From the UHGV virus genome UHGV-1343746: a stretch of DNA of 64,000 nucleotides. One strand, given 5' to 3'. Below are positions 1-10,448 of the stretch, piece by piece. The DNA is from a virus. A program made the translations under genes and the position numbers. Each line of letters opens with the position of its first letter. The stretch's first letter is position 1. The notes beneath the pieces are model-generated. The model did no database searches, was not told the origin of the DNA, and saw only the letters and a list, made by a program, of their open reading frames with translations.

Positions 1-222
1 CATTTTAATACCTCTTTCTCAAATTAACTTTTAACTCAACTATCAAGGAGTACAATCTTACAGACTTCGTACTCCCTTGTCAAACACTTTAAGCAGGTTT
101 CTTAGCTGCTTTACGAGCCGTCTTACCTGTACGAACTCGCTTCTGTACATAGTACTCAGCAGAGTGACCAGTGGTTGCTCTCATGGAATCGCCAAATACT
201 TTCTCGAATGCTTTAGAATGTT

Positions 223-504
223 TCATGAATCTCTCCGATATATTTCATATTCAAAATGTTTATTAGTCAAGGTAAAGATGTAAACTGTAGATAAACCATC
301 AATCGCTAATGCAAACTGCTCAACATTATCTTTTGATAAGTGTTCAAACTTTACTTCATGTCCCTTGTTGATGAGTACTTTACCGAACTGCTCTATCTTA
401 GTCAAGCACTCTTTTACAAAATTTTTTCTACTTTCTTCTGAATAGAAGGGTTCAAAACCCTCCTTCAGATAACTATCAATCAGTTTCGAACGGACAGTCA
501 TCAT
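223..504 (-). CDS. hypothetical protein (93 aa)
   Basis: ORF downstream of primase/helicase on same strand; no recognisable motif. Confidence 0.3.
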   Translation of the reverse strand: MMTVRSKLIDSYLKEGFEPFYSEESRKNFVKECLTKIEQFGKVLINKGHEVKFEHLSKDNVEQFALAIDGLSTVYIFTLTNKHFEYEIYRRDS

Positions 505-2467
505 TATCCTCGTTAATCACAGGTGGAATGGTGGAACTTTCACGTTGTTCTTGTGTGTAAATCTCTCCAGATTCACGGTCAAAATCAACATCTTCATAGT
601 GTGGCATAGAGTCATCGTAATGGTCTTCAGCCTCACCAATACCAAACTGCTGACGAATATTCTCTGCTGCACCATCAATATCAACACCACATCCAGCAGC
701 CTTTACAAGACGACCTGTATCTGGATTATACCAAGTGTGACCAGCAATACCAGTTGATTTACCATGACGACGACATTTTGTTAACTTGATTTTTGTCAAG
801 TTCTTTTTAACAGGGTCTGGGTCAACCTTGTTACGCATAAGCAAAATGTTGTTCATGGAAATCTGGAAGTATGCACCAGAACCCTTGATATCTTCTTCAG
901 AAATATCACCACCTTCAGAGTTAGCCTTTTGACCACCTGCACTCTTACGAACGTGACACACGTTTACCTGAGCATACTGATAACGCTTACAGCGACGAAG
1001 TAACTCAGACAGAACTTCTTCTTCATCTGTATCAGAGCGTGACAGCGCCAATGTAATAGGGTCAAGGATGATAATCTTACAATCAAGACTGTTAACCAGA
1101 TAGTCAACAAACTCCAGCAGGTTATCTTGGTCAATTGCCCCTTGGTGGTCTACGATGTGGATACGACGACCTTTTGACAACTCAGCATGTGCAACCTTAA
1201 TCTCATCCCAATTACGCTCATCGTAAGGAATCTCTGAAATCTGCTTACTAAGATGGATTGCACAGAGCATTTCCATAAGTTCTTCGTAAGTATCCTCTAC
1301 AGGAATTACACCGATGTTGTACTCAGTATCCTTCCATGCTTTGTAAATCATTTCACGAGTATATGCAGATTTACCTACAGATGAAGGTGCAGCAAGGGTT
1401 GTAATCTCGCCTAAACCATACCCGCCATAAGTCAGCTTATTCAAATCCCCGAAAGAATCTGGGAAAGGAATTAAAGGAATCTGACCACGATTCTTCATAG
1501 CATCGAAACCATCTGCAAAGTTCTTGATACCAGCAGGGCAGTAACGAGGTGCATTGTAGATTCGTTGTTTAAATCCTTCTAAGACTGTATCTTTGTCTTT
1601 GAAGAACTTAGTCCACCACTCACTAAGGTCTTTAATACCTTCAGGATACTGGAACAGTCTTACTTTTTCAATAGGTAAGATACCAGCAGCTTCCTTAGTT
1701 GCTTTAGCCCCTGCTTCATCATTATCAAAGCATAGGTAAATCTCATCAAAGGAAGTAATATACTGATAGTTCTCTTTGATGGACTTAACATTAGCACCGG
1801 ATGGTACAGAAACGTGGCAGTAATTCTTACGTCTAGACTTATCTTTAATTGCTAAAGAAGTCATGTAGATTGCTGTAGCACATTCCATCTCACCTTCCCA
1901 GATGAAAAGACGGTTACCACCTTCTGGAGCAATCCATGAACCGAACATAGCCAGTTCACCTTTAATATCTCCGACACCACCAGAAAAATCTTTCAACTTC
2001 CCACGTAAGTGCTCTTTATGATAGTCATCTGGATATTTGTGACGAACACGATAACCTACATGTTGCAACTTACCATCTTCATCCTTTTTGTATGTTGGAT
2101 AGAAATGTGCATCAATATCACCGTTATCATCAATATCAACTTTAATACCAAGACGCTCAAGGACTTTTGCAGGAATCTTCCTGTCTTTTAAATCCATTGC
2201 TTCTAGGTTTTCTTTCACATCATCTAAATCCATACCACGAAATGTACGGTTTTTATTCTCTGAACCTGAAGTATGAGTACTCACAATCTGCCCTTTATCA
2301 AAATCCCACTCTGGAAAACCTTTTCCACAACTGAAACATGTCATTGAATATGAACCGTCATCATGACGATATATAGAACCTGCATCTGAAGATAAACATT
2401 GAGGGCGTGGACATGCACAGTGACCTACAAATGTTCCAGCATCTTTCAGTTTTCTCTGTTTAGCCAT
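476..2467 (-). CDS. DNA primase/helicase, T7 gp4-like
   Basis: 663 aa; N-terminal Cys-rich zinc-binding segment (CACPRPQC...CFSCG), central TOPRIM-like region, C-terminal DnaB/RecA-like helicase motifs. Confidence 0.85.
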   Translation of the reverse strand: MAKQRKLKDAGTFVGHCACPRPQCLSSDAGSIYRHDDGSYSMTCFSCGKGFPEWDFDKGQIVSTHTSGSENKNRTFRGMDLDDVKENLEAMDLKDRKIPAKVLERLGIKVDIDDNGDIDAHFYPTYKKDEDGKLQHVGYRVRHKYPDDYHKEHLRGKLKDFSGGVGDIKGELAMFGSWIAPEGGNRLFIWEGEMECATAIYMTSLAIKDKSRRKNYCHVSVPSGANVKSIKENYQYITSFDEIYLCFDNDEAGAKATKEAAGILPIEKVRLFQYPEGIKDLSEWWTKFFKDKDTVLEGFKQRIYNAPRYCPAGIKNFADGFDAMKNRGQIPLIPFPDSFGDLNKLTYGGYGLGEITTLAAPSSVGKSAYTREMIYKAWKDTEYNIGVIPVEDTYEELMEMLCAIHLSKQISEIPYDERNWDEIKVAHAELSKGRRIHIVDHQGAIDQDNLLEFVDYLVNSLDCKIIILDPITLALSRSDTDEEEVLSELLRRCKRYQYAQVNVCHVRKSAGGQKANSEGGDISEEDIKGSGAYFQISMNNILLMRNKVDPDPVKKNLTKIKLTKCRRHGKSTGIAGHTWYNPDTGRLVKAAGCGVDIDGAAENIRQQFGIGEAEDHYDDSMPHYEDVDFDRESGEIYTQEQRESSTIPPVINEDNDDCPFETD

Positions 2468-2660
2468 TCACACCTCTTCGTTGTAGTTCTGCCTTAAGAC
2501 CGTTTTCAATCTTATCAAGCTCATGGATTTCTTCTGCAATCTCTTTCCTTCTTGAAGCGACCCTTTCAAGTCGCTCCATCATAACTTCTTTGGAAAGAGA
2601 TGAGAGTTCCACTGTACGGTGGTCAATTACTTTAAAGTTATTCTCTCTCATCTTCAACAC
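2460..2660 (-). CDS. hypothetical small coiled-coil protein
   Basis: 66-aa ORF overlapping primase start by 8 nt (operon-style coupling). Confidence 0.35.
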   Translation of the reverse strand: MLKMRENNFKVIDHRTVELSSLSKEVMMERLERVASRRKEIAEEIHELDKIENGLKAELQRRGVNG

Positions 2661-2663
2661 CTT

Positions 2664-3434
2664 TTATAGATTGATAATGGTTTTAAGTTTACTCTCTAAC
2701 TCTTCCATCGTTCCGTTATTCTGGATAATATCACGGGAGAAGTTAGTGGAGATACCACGTTCAGAGCTATGGGAAGCCACCTGAGTAGCATCTTTTCTTG
2801 TAATCTCAATTATCTGGCTATCGTAGCTTTGAAGGAACTCAGCTTCAATATCAAACCTTAAATCACATATCAGTGCAATACCTATGTGACTTTTCTTAAC
2901 GCAATCTCCATAGAATTTTTCAATACGTTCTGCCAAATCTGTAATCCAGAAACGCTCTCCAAGAATTTTACGGATAACCTCACTACCCCAGACTTGCTGT
3001 ATTTGTCTTGAGGAAATCATATATTCATTTTTCAAACCAAGCTTTGTAAGCAATGTAGGTTTACCAACTTTCTTTAACTCTTTGATAAGCCTGTCTGTGA
3101 TTTCCCCACAAAGTTTTGCATCTTCATGGATGCCCTTACTTTTCATGTTTAGCTGGAAAGCCCATGCCACACGGGAGTTAAGATTGTCAAAATCTAAGCT
3201 AAACTTTTTAGGTGTTTCTTTCGTATCACCATACAGGTCTTGCCAGTTCAAGTCAAAGATAAATCCAGCAGTTGCTTTTAAGTTATCGGCAAACGCAAAC
3301 ACTTTAACAGTGTATCCAGCCTCATTCAATAGATTTTTTACAATGCTGCAAGATGTATCCTTTCCAGAACGAGCTTTTCCAGTAAATGCAATAATACTTT
3401 TCATATCGTTCACTCCATAATAAAAAGCCCCCAA
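2664..3434 (-). CDS. deoxynucleoside monophosphate kinase-like P-loop protein
   Basis: N-terminal P-loop IIAFTGKARSGKDT resembling phage dNMP kinases. Confidence 0.6.
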   Translation of the reverse strand: MGAFYYGVNDMKSIIAFTGKARSGKDTSCSIVKNLLNEAGYTVKVFAFADNLKATAGFIFDLNWQDLYGDTKETPKKFSLDFDNLNSRVAWAFQLNMKSKGIHEDAKLCGEITDRLIKELKKVGKPTLLTKLGLKNEYMISSRQIQQVWGSEVIRKILGERFWITDLAERIEKFYGDCVKKSHIGIALICDLRFDIEAEFLQSYDSQIIEITRKDATQVASHSSERGISTNFSRDIIQNNGTMEELESKLKTIINL

Positions 3435-3461
3435 TTAAGGAGGCTTAAGGGTATGCCACAA

Positions 3462-4256
3462 TTATTGTAGTTTAGAACCAGTGAGTTCACGCTCAGACAT
3501 TGCTTCTAACTGCTGAACAAACTCTTCACCGAAGTTGATTGCAATCTTGGTGCTAAGAACTGCTGCACCAGTTTGGCTAAATACATCCCCGAGTGCTGCT
3601 GTATGAGCACCTTGTGAAATGCTCTCTACAAAGCTTGGGTCAGACTCTAACATTTTTGACACTTCAAGTAAAGCATGGATACCCATGATACTAAAGATAG
3701 CATTTAACAGTGAAGTTACCTTAACCTGAATAGGGTCTAAAGAGAGACCATTAGTAATCTCTGACAGCTTATTCATTGTCTCATCAGCATACTGAATTGC
3801 CTTGTCAGATACTTCATCAAAGCCCCAATCCAGTTTTGCATAACGTGGTGACTTATCATTCATACGCTTCTCTAGTGATGCCATTACAGCAGCAACTGGC
3901 GTACAAATAGCTTTCAGAATGTCTTCATCACTCATGTTATCAAGCTCTTTGATACCCTGCTCAGTAATCTGGATGTATCCACCTGAATACATTTCATCAA
4001 AGATATATGCTGCAAAAGCATCAACACCAATGAAGATGGTCTTCAGAGCATCAGTCTTATTAGACAGCAGGTATTCAACCTCTTTACGGAAATCTTCGTC
4101 ATTCTCTACAGCGTTTTTTACAACACGCAGAGATTCAGGGATAAATTTTCCTGACAGTGAGTTGCTACGCATAATGATAGCAAGAGTCTCAACAGTGTTC
4201 AGCATGAATGCTTCGTCGATACCTTTTTCTTCCAGAATCTCATTTACAGTTTTCAT
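3462..4256 (-). CDS. hypothetical protein (264 aa)
   Basis: long ORF in replication operon. Confidence 0.4.
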   Translation of the reverse strand: MKTVNEILEEKGIDEAFMLNTVETLAIIMRSNSLSGKFIPESLRVVKNAVENDEDFRKEVEYLLSNKTDALKTIFIGVDAFAAYIFDEMYSGGYIQITEQGIKELDNMSDEDILKAICTPVAAVMASLEKRMNDKSPRYAKLDWGFDEVSDKAIQYADETMNKLSEITNGLSLDPIQVKVTSLLNAIFSIMGIHALLEVSKMLESDPSFVESISQGAHTAALGDVFSQTGAAVLSTKIAINFGEEFVQQLEAMSERELTGSKLQ

Positions 4257-4680
4257 CTTTAATCTCTCTCATTTTGTTAATAGTAAGTCGTGATAATCTT
4301 AAGCTTTCTTGTGAAGAGAAGTCAAGTCCTTTTTCAGACCGTGGGAAGTAATTTCTGTCCCATGTATTCTCTGCATCCTGAAGCAGTTGGGATAGACTAT
4401 CTAAGTCCGTTCCATTTTGCAACTTATTTTTTAAGGTATCTATCAAAAAGATTGTGTCTTTCGCTTTACGTCTTTCTGAAGATATCTCTTTCATGTGCTC
4501 AAATACAGAACACTTCAAACCTTCATCGTATCCACTTGATAGTTCTATCTCATGCTGAACATCAACCATTCGACGATGTTGATAAGCATACTCCTTCTGA
4601 GCCTCAATGTAAAGTGCTTCAACTCTTTCTAAAGCTTGAACAAGGTTATTGATATCTGGGTGAACGTACATCCTCTGCAT
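4240..4680 (-). CDS. hypothetical protein (146 aa)
   Basis: ORF, first gene of minus-strand replication operon next to divergent intergenic region. Confidence 0.4.
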   Translation of the reverse strand: MQRMYVHPDINNLVQALERVEALYIEAQKEYAYQHRRMVDVQHEIELSSGYDEGLKCSVFEHMKEISSERRKAKDTIFLIDTLKNKLQNGTDLDSLSQLLQDAENTWDRNYFPRSEKGLDFSSQESLRLSRLTINKMREIKDENCK

Positions 4681-4939
4681 GATTGCCTCTGTTAAGTATC
4701 TATAAAGATTTTAATCTCTTATCTTTATGTATGTTATACATATAACTTTAAAGCTTTTTAAAAGCTATTAAAAATCTTTTAAGACTTTTAAAGAAACTGT
4801 ATAGTTAATCTATAAAGGGAGTCTATTAAGATAAAACCCACTTCGAAAAGACTAACACCTTGTCAAGCAGTTTGTCAACTTGCTTTTTGCAGAAAATTGC
4901 TGTAGGGTATTATCCAGAATGATTTGAGAGGGAGTAAAA

Positions 4940-7639
4940 ATGGACAATGTAGATTTCGAAAAATTACATTTGGTTGGTGATACAGAAACTGATGGGTTGC
5001 TCCTTGAGTTTACAAAAGCACACGTAATGGCTTTCGCAGACTATAAAGATGACAGTGACGAACCTGCTGTGTGGGTGTTCACTGATGAGCCTATCCTTGG
5101 TCACAAGTACACGAAGTACATCAAAGGTGGTCTGCGTGAAGGTGTTGAGTTTGCACTGAAAGCTAAACGCCTTTGCATCCACAATGGTTTGGGTTATGAC
5201 TGGTGGGTGTTTAATCACATTGCACCTGACCTGTGGAACTTTGAGAATCCTAAGTGTAAGCCTTGGAGTGACTTCTTTCAGGATTCACTTATCCAATCTC
5301 GCGTACAGTGGATGGATAGACCTACGCCAAAAGGTTACAAAGGTGCTCATGGTTTGGCTGCATGGGGTGCTCGTGTAGGTGTCCGTAAACCAGAGATTGA
5401 AGAGTGGGGTGTCTGGAATGCAGAGATTCTTACTCGTGTTGTAGAAGATATTAAGATTAACGCCAAAACTAAACGTGCTCTTGATAATGAGTACCTCAAG
5501 CTTAAGAAGTGTGGTGTTGACACTTATGAAACCTACATGCGAGCTAAAGAAACATCCTTCTGGATGAGTCAGCAAGCTATCAACGGTTGGAAAGCTGATG
5601 TAGAACTTATGCAGTTCCACGTTAAAGAACTTGACAAGTTAACTAATGAGTTGGCTGCTGAGGTTGAACCACACCTTCCACCAACTATTAAGACAAAAGG
5701 TAAAGTTACAGGTGAAGAATTTGCCAAGTCTTGGAACGAGTATGTAGATACATTTGGTCACGTTGACGGTTTAAAAAGGATTACCAAGTACCCTAAGACA
5801 AAGTATCGTGAACAGATGCGTGAAGGTGAGTTGAAGCAGTACCCTATTAAGCCATATGGTAAGCCAACTACAAAGATTTTTAATGTTGAGAAACGCAACT
5901 GCTACACTCCAACTAACACGGTCACAAAAGAAGAGTACCCTGAAGGTTTTGTAGCAATGAAAGATGCTCGTGCAGTTTGTAATGAACTGAATGAGAAGAT
6001 TGGCAAGAAGTGTAAAGATTGGAAGCCAGTTAAGACTGTGAAAACTGTGAAGTACTACAACGTTCACGTTGTTAATCACTTTGAGTTAGAGTCTAGTCGC
6101 TACACTGGTTTGATTGATGCACCATTCACACCAATTGAGTTTGAAGTTTCACGAATGACTCAGGTAGCTGTGGTGAAGGATTACTTAAAATCCGTTGGTT
6201 GGATTCCTGATGATTGGAACTATAAAAAAGATTCTGATGGTCGTCCTATCAAGGTTTGCAGATTCAAAGACAACAAAAAGATGATTCGCAAACATCCTAA
6301 GTGGGATGAGATGGTTGAGCGTTGTGGGTTGAACTATATTGAGCATGAAGGTGTCTATTACATCGAGCATAACTGGTCTGTTAAGAAGTACACAGATGTG
6401 CTTGAACCTTGCTTGATTAGGACTTCACCAAAGCTTACAGAGTCTTCTTATGATACAATCGAAGGTGAGCTTGGACAGAAGATTGCGAAGTACTATACTT
6501 TGATGCACCGACGCAGGACTATTGAGAACTCAAAGGATGATGAGAAAGGTTGGCTGAACCAGATTCGTCCAGATGGTCGTTTGAGTGCAGGTGCAATGGT
6601 GTTTGGTACTTCTACTGGACGTATGACTCAGTATGGTATTGTAAACGTACCTTCTGGTGCTGCTGTTTACGGTGAGCCAATGAGGGCAGTGTGGATTTGT
6701 GAAGAGGGAACCAACGTAGTATCTGTTGATATGAACTCTGCACAGCTTGTACTACTCTGTAACTTCATGGGTGATAAAGACTTCACCAAAGCGGTAACAG
6801 AGGGTAAAGAAGAGATTGAGTTTGTTCGTCAAGAGGATGGAAGATACTACTGCAAACACTTTGACCAGTATCTGAATCCAGAGATTGACAAGTATCTGCG
6901 TTATGACTCTGAAAACGATTTGTACGTAGTTTACTCAGGGACTGATGCTCACACTCTGAACAGTATCTACTTCAGCCTTAATGATGAGCAAGATATCTTG
7001 ACTTGTCGTGCTACTCAGGATGAGAATCTTCTTCATGAGATTAGCAAGGGACGTAAGAAAGCTAAGAATGGTATATATGCTTTGTTGTTCGGTGCAGGTG
7101 ATGAGAAGTTTGCCAAGACAATTAAAGCAGCAACTACTCAGGAAGGTGCATTGACTAAGCAGACTTACTTTGTGCGTTTGCCGAAGATTAAGAAACTGTT
7201 AGACAACTTGGAAGCTGATTTCAAAGCAACTAAGAAAGCACTTGAAGAGGTGTTTGGTAAGACTGCTGCAATCTCTAAAGGTGGTTTTGTGAAGGTTGCT
7301 GGGGCTTGGCTGTGGTGTAAGTCCCCACACAAACTCTTGAACTATTTGCTGATGGGTTCAGAAGCACAAGTTCAGAATGAAGCAATCAACCTTGCATGTC
7401 GTCGTATGATTGACGAAGGTTTGATGAAGTTGAATGGTCGTAAACCAGCTATTGGTGCTCGCTTACTCTGTGCTTACCACGATGAAACAAGCTGGGAATG
7501 TCCAGAGAGCATGACAGCAGATGTGAAAGCAGTAACTGACTGGTATTATGGTCAAGCATCTAAGAACCTTGGGCTAAGAAAAGAGACATTGGTCACAGGT
7601 GCAGGGAAAGTTGGTAAATCGTGGCTTGAAGTCCACTAA
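4940..7639 (+). CDS. DNA polymerase family A with 3'-5' exonuclease domain
   Basis: 899 aa; Exo I motif VGDTETDG near N-terminus; motif B-like RKKAKNGIYALLFG; motif C YHDE; SD GGGAG upstream. Confidence 0.85.
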   Translation: MDNVDFEKLHLVGDTETDGLLLEFTKAHVMAFADYKDDSDEPAVWVFTDEPILGHKYTKYIKGGLREGVEFALKAKRLCIHNGLGYDWWVFNHIAPDLWNFENPKCKPWSDFFQDSLIQSRVQWMDRPTPKGYKGAHGLAAWGARVGVRKPEIEEWGVWNAEILTRVVEDIKINAKTKRALDNEYLKLKKCGVDTYETYMRAKETSFWMSQQAINGWKADVELMQFHVKELDKLTNELAAEVEPHLPPTIKTKGKVTGEEFAKSWNEYVDTFGHVDGLKRITKYPKTKYREQMREGELKQYPIKPYGKPTTKIFNVEKRNCYTPTNTVTKEEYPEGFVAMKDARAVCNELNEKIGKKCKDWKPVKTVKTVKYYNVHVVNHFELESSRYTGLIDAPFTPIEFEVSRMTQVAVVKDYLKSVGWIPDDWNYKKDSDGRPIKVCRFKDNKKMIRKHPKWDEMVERCGLNYIEHEGVYYIEHNWSVKKYTDVLEPCLIRTSPKLTESSYDTIEGELGQKIAKYYTLMHRRRTIENSKDDEKGWLNQIRPDGRLSAGAMVFGTSTGRMTQYGIVNVPSGAAVYGEPMRAVWICEEGTNVVSVDMNSAQLVLLCNFMGDKDFTKAVTEGKEEIEFVRQEDGRYYCKHFDQYLNPEIDKYLRYDSENDLYVVYSGTDAHTLNSIYFSLNDEQDILTCRATQDENLLHEISKGRKKAKNGIYALLFGAGDEKFAKTIKAATTQEGALTKQTYFVRLPKIKKLLDNLEADFKATKKALEEVFGKTAAISKGGFVKVAGAWLWCKSPHKLLNYLLMGSEAQVQNEAINLACRRMIDEGLMKLNGRKPAIGARLLCAYHDETSWECPESMTADVKAVTDWYYGQASKNLGLRKETLVTGAGKVGKSWLEVH

Positions 7640-7700
7640 TAGTGTTGACAAGGTGCTCATGGAAGAGTACCTTATACTCTATATTGTATAGGAGACTTGT

Positions 7701-7901
7701 ATGACTATTTCAGAAATTGAAGTTCAACTGCAATGTGCTGGATACTCTCAAAGTGAGATTGAATCTATGTGCATCATCATTTGCAGTAGCCATAAGCACC
7801 TCAAGCTTTCTAATGAAAATCTTTTCAAGGTTGATATTTTTATCGCTGGGGGCAAAATTATCAAGGATAAGACAGGCTACCTTAAAGGTGAACGTCTATG
7901 A
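7701..7901 (+). CDS. hypothetical protein
   Basis: 66-aa ORF with SD GGAGA upstream. Confidence 0.4.
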   Translation: MTISEIEVQLQCAGYSQSEIESMCIIICSSHKHLKLSNENLFKVDIFIAGGKIIKDKTGYLKGERL

Positions 7902-8107
7902 GCCATCGTGGAAGAACTCATCTTGCCATGATGCAAGGGGCTTCAAAAGAGACTATCAAGAATCGGAAGAAAACTCTTTTTGACAGAATGAATAGACTCA
8001 TTGATAATGCAAGCCTACCTAACTCTGAAAAGGTTTTCTTGAAAGGGAATCTGAAGAGTATTGCACAGGAACTTATTGACATTGAATTTTGGAGACACCA
8101 AAAATGA
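7898..8107 (+). CDS. hypothetical protein
   Basis: 69-aa ORF, ATGA overlap with upstream ORF. Confidence 0.4.
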   Translation: MSHRGRTHLAMMQGASKETIKNRKKTLFDRMNRLIDNASLPNSEKVFLKGNLKSIAQELIDIEFWRHQK

Positions 8108-8295
8108 CATACGAAGAAGCTCTCGAAGCTATGAAACAGGGCAAGAAAGTTCGAAATGAAAATTTCACATCTGATGAGTTCTTTGAAATAAAAGACGGAA
8201 AGGTTGTATGTGAAATGGGTTACCCAATGGCTGCATGGTACAAGGGGGAACCTTGGCAGAAAACTGGATGGAGTATCTTTAATGAAACTTTATAG
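8089..8295 (+). CDS. hypothetical protein
   Basis: 68-aa ORF with SD GGAG upstream. Confidence 0.4.
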   Translation: METPKMTYEEALEAMKQGKKVRNENFTSDEFFEIKDGKVVCEMGYPMAAWYKGEPWQKTGWSIFNETL

Positions 8296-8425
8296 CATTT
8301 GGGGAAGAGTTGGTGAAGGTTATGACTGGACTCTTCTTAAAACAAATGTTAAAAGTAACGAGATAGCTTACTACAAAATCTATTACCATAAAACTTTTAG
8401 AGAGGTAGAGTATCGTGAGCAATAA
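8281..8425 (+). CDS. hypothetical small protein (ATG-start version of ORF 8204..8425)
   Basis: track ORF starts with TTG; internal ATG at 8281 preceded by GGAG. Confidence 0.25.
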
Positions 8426-8666
8426 AGAGCAAGAAGCTTTAGCAATCTTCAAGAGCGAAGACAAATCAATAGCTTTTGTCTCAGAGGCTTGGTGCAGGGA
8501 TTTGGGGTATGGTTGGTATCTCTTCTTATGCGCTAAGAAAGATGTTAAACCAGTTGATGAAACCCGATTCAAAGAACTGTATAATATCTGCCAAGAGGGT
8601 TATGAAGAACATTACGAAGGTTCTTTGAATCCTGTAAATTCAAAAGCTTCAGATTTATTTTATTGA
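8415..8666 (+). CDS. hypothetical protein
   Basis: 83-aa ORF, GTG start with GAGAGG upstream. Confidence 0.35.
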   Translation: MSNKEQEALAIFKSEDKSIAFVSEAWCRDLGYGWYLFLCAKKDVKPVDETRFKELYNICQEGYEEHYEGSLNPVNSKASDLFY

Positions 8667-8676
8667 GAGGTTTGAA

Positions 8677-8922
8677 ATGTTAAAATTATTGATACCAGCT
8701 TTAGTAGTCCTACTGGTTGGATGTAACCCTTCTTATGAGAATAAGGATGCTTCTTACAGACTTCCTCCAGAAATGCAAGACTGCAAGATTTATAAACTTA
8801 ATGGTGATGCCATTAGCAGGGATGTTATTGTAGTTCGCTGCCCAAATTCTCAGACGACAACTTCTTACAAGTATGGGAAGAATAGTCAGTCACACACCAC
8901 AGTTTTTGATGGGGGATATTAA
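8677..8922 (+). CDS. putative lipoprotein
   Basis: N-terminal signal peptide ending in lipobox LLVGC (MLKLLIPALVVLLVGCNPS). Confidence 0.5.
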   Translation: MLKLLIPALVVLLVGCNPSYENKDASYRLPPEMQDCKIYKLNGDAISRDVIVVRCPNSQTTTSYKYGKNSQSHTTVFDGGY

Positions 8923-8923
8923 T

Positions 8924-9130
8924 ATGCAGGTTCTGGTAAATTTTATCTATAAGTATGACGTTGTTCACTCAACTACAACTGTAGCACAACGTAACCCAAT
9001 AGTGCCACGAGAAGGTGAATGGGTAAGGATTGATGGTTGGACTTACACTGTAGAGAATATCATTCATAAGTTTGATGTTTGTGGAGACACACAAGTTATT
9101 GATGTAGAAATTGGTGGGAAACGTAAATGA
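8924..9130 (+). CDS. hypothetical protein
   Basis: ATG at 8924 preceded by GGGGGA; in frame with track ORF 8873..9130. Confidence 0.4.
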   Translation: MQVLVNFIYKYDVVHSTTTVAQRNPIVPREGEWVRIDGWTYTVENIIHKFDVCGDTQVIDVEIGGKRK

Positions 9131-10227
9131 CAATTCTGTACAAACAAAATAAAGATGGTTCTTTCAACGTCTGGTCATGTGTTGCTGTAGGTGATAAAGT
9201 AGTCACGACTTATGGTAAAGAAAATGGCAAGATGATGTTCGAAGAGTACACAGCAGAACCTAAGAACATCGGTAAAAAGAATGAGCGTAATGCTGAACAG
9301 CAAGCTCTCTTTGAAGTTGCTGCTAAGTACAAGAGGCAGGTTGACCGTAAAGGATATGCTTACACAAAATCTGAAGCAGAGAATGTTGAGAAGGTTGGTG
9401 TACAGCTTGCTCAGGATGCTTCCAAGATAAGTCACAAGAAGTATCTGGTATTCCCTGCCGATGCTCAACCTAAACTTGATGGTGTTCGTTGCAGGATTTC
9501 AAGAGATGCTGACTCAGAAAGTTTTACGGCATATTCTCGTGAGAACACGGTATACAACATTCCTGTAGAGTTGATTCCTGATGTTCTTCTTATGCTGAAA
9601 CTGCACAAAGATGTTGAGGATTTCGACGGGGAGATTTATGCTCATGGTTGGGACTTGGAAGATATTGTATCTATGATTAAGAATGCTGACAATCCAGACC
9701 GTCACCTTCTTAAATTCTACTGGTATGATATCTGTGACAAGACTAAATCTTGGCCTGAGCGTCGTGAAGTTATTGATAATTCACCAATCGTTGAACTCGG
9801 TGATGCTTGCAGGGTTGTACCTGTTCAGACAATCCGTGTTAACTCTTGGGAAGAATTTGATAATGCTCATGACAACTGGGTTAAACTCAAGTTTGAAGGG
9901 GCAATGTATCGGTCAATCTCACCAGATTCGTTCTATGAGTGTGGTCATCGCTCTTACTTCCTGATTAAGCACAAGAAGATGCACACACAGGAATTTAAAG
10001 TAACTGGTGTAAAGACTGATAAACGTGGTCATGGTAAGTTCGTTGTAGAGACTCTTCCTAACGTCTTTGTAGATGTTTCATGGAAAACTACACACGAGAA
10101 GAAAAAGTATCTTGCTGAACATCCTGAAGAGTTTATCGGGAAGCCTTTAACGGTTCAGTTCCAGAAGATGACTCGTAAGGGTTCTTTACAGTTCCCTGTT
10201 GGGCTAGTAATTCGAGACTATGAATAG
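9127..10227 (+). CDS. ATP-dependent DNA ligase
   Basis: 366 aa; adenylation motif I KLDG (QPKLDGVRC). Confidence 0.8.
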   Translation: MTILYKQNKDGSFNVWSCVAVGDKVVTTYGKENGKMMFEEYTAEPKNIGKKNERNAEQQALFEVAAKYKRQVDRKGYAYTKSEAENVEKVGVQLAQDASKISHKKYLVFPADAQPKLDGVRCRISRDADSESFTAYSRENTVYNIPVELIPDVLLMLKLHKDVEDFDGEIYAHGWDLEDIVSMIKNADNPDRHLLKFYWYDICDKTKSWPERREVIDNSPIVELGDACRVVPVQTIRVNSWEEFDNAHDNWVKLKFEGAMYRSISPDSFYECGHRSYFLIKHKKMHTQEFKVTGVKTDKRGHGKFVVETLPNVFVDVSWKTTHEKKKYLAEHPEEFIGKPLTVQFQKMTRKGSLQFPVGLVIRDYE

Positions 10228-10390
10228 AGGTTAGTATGTTTAGCACAATTATCCTGTTTGTTTTTGTTGTTTTATCATTATCTTACTTCATAAGTAAACT
10301 TTTAAGCATAACATACAAAGCAGCCTTAGCCCTTACTCTGTTATCATTTGTAGTAAATGCAGTAGTCAGAGAATTTTTAATATAAAGTTG

Positions 10391-10418
10391 TTGACATAGA
10401 AAATTTGGTGAGTATACT
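10391..10418 (+). promoter_or_regulatory. sigma70-like promoter TTGACA-16-TATACT
   Basis: perfect -35 hexamer and near-consensus -10 directly upstream of repeat units. Confidence 0.5.
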
Positions 10419-10448
10419 GAGCAGCATAAACCAACGGGTACTCACCAG

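Noticed and set aside
4681-4939. Divergent intergenic region with repeated ATCTATAAAG and TTGTCA motifs as a distinct element
   Set aside because: Most simply a divergent promoter region between the replication operon and the polymerase gene; exact -10 elements could not be fixed, so no promoter feature is called
8204-8425. Track ORF 8204..8425 as listed
   Set aside because: Begins with TTG and overlaps the better-supported ORF 8089..8295 by 92 nt; only the 3' portion from ATG 8281 is kept, at low confidence
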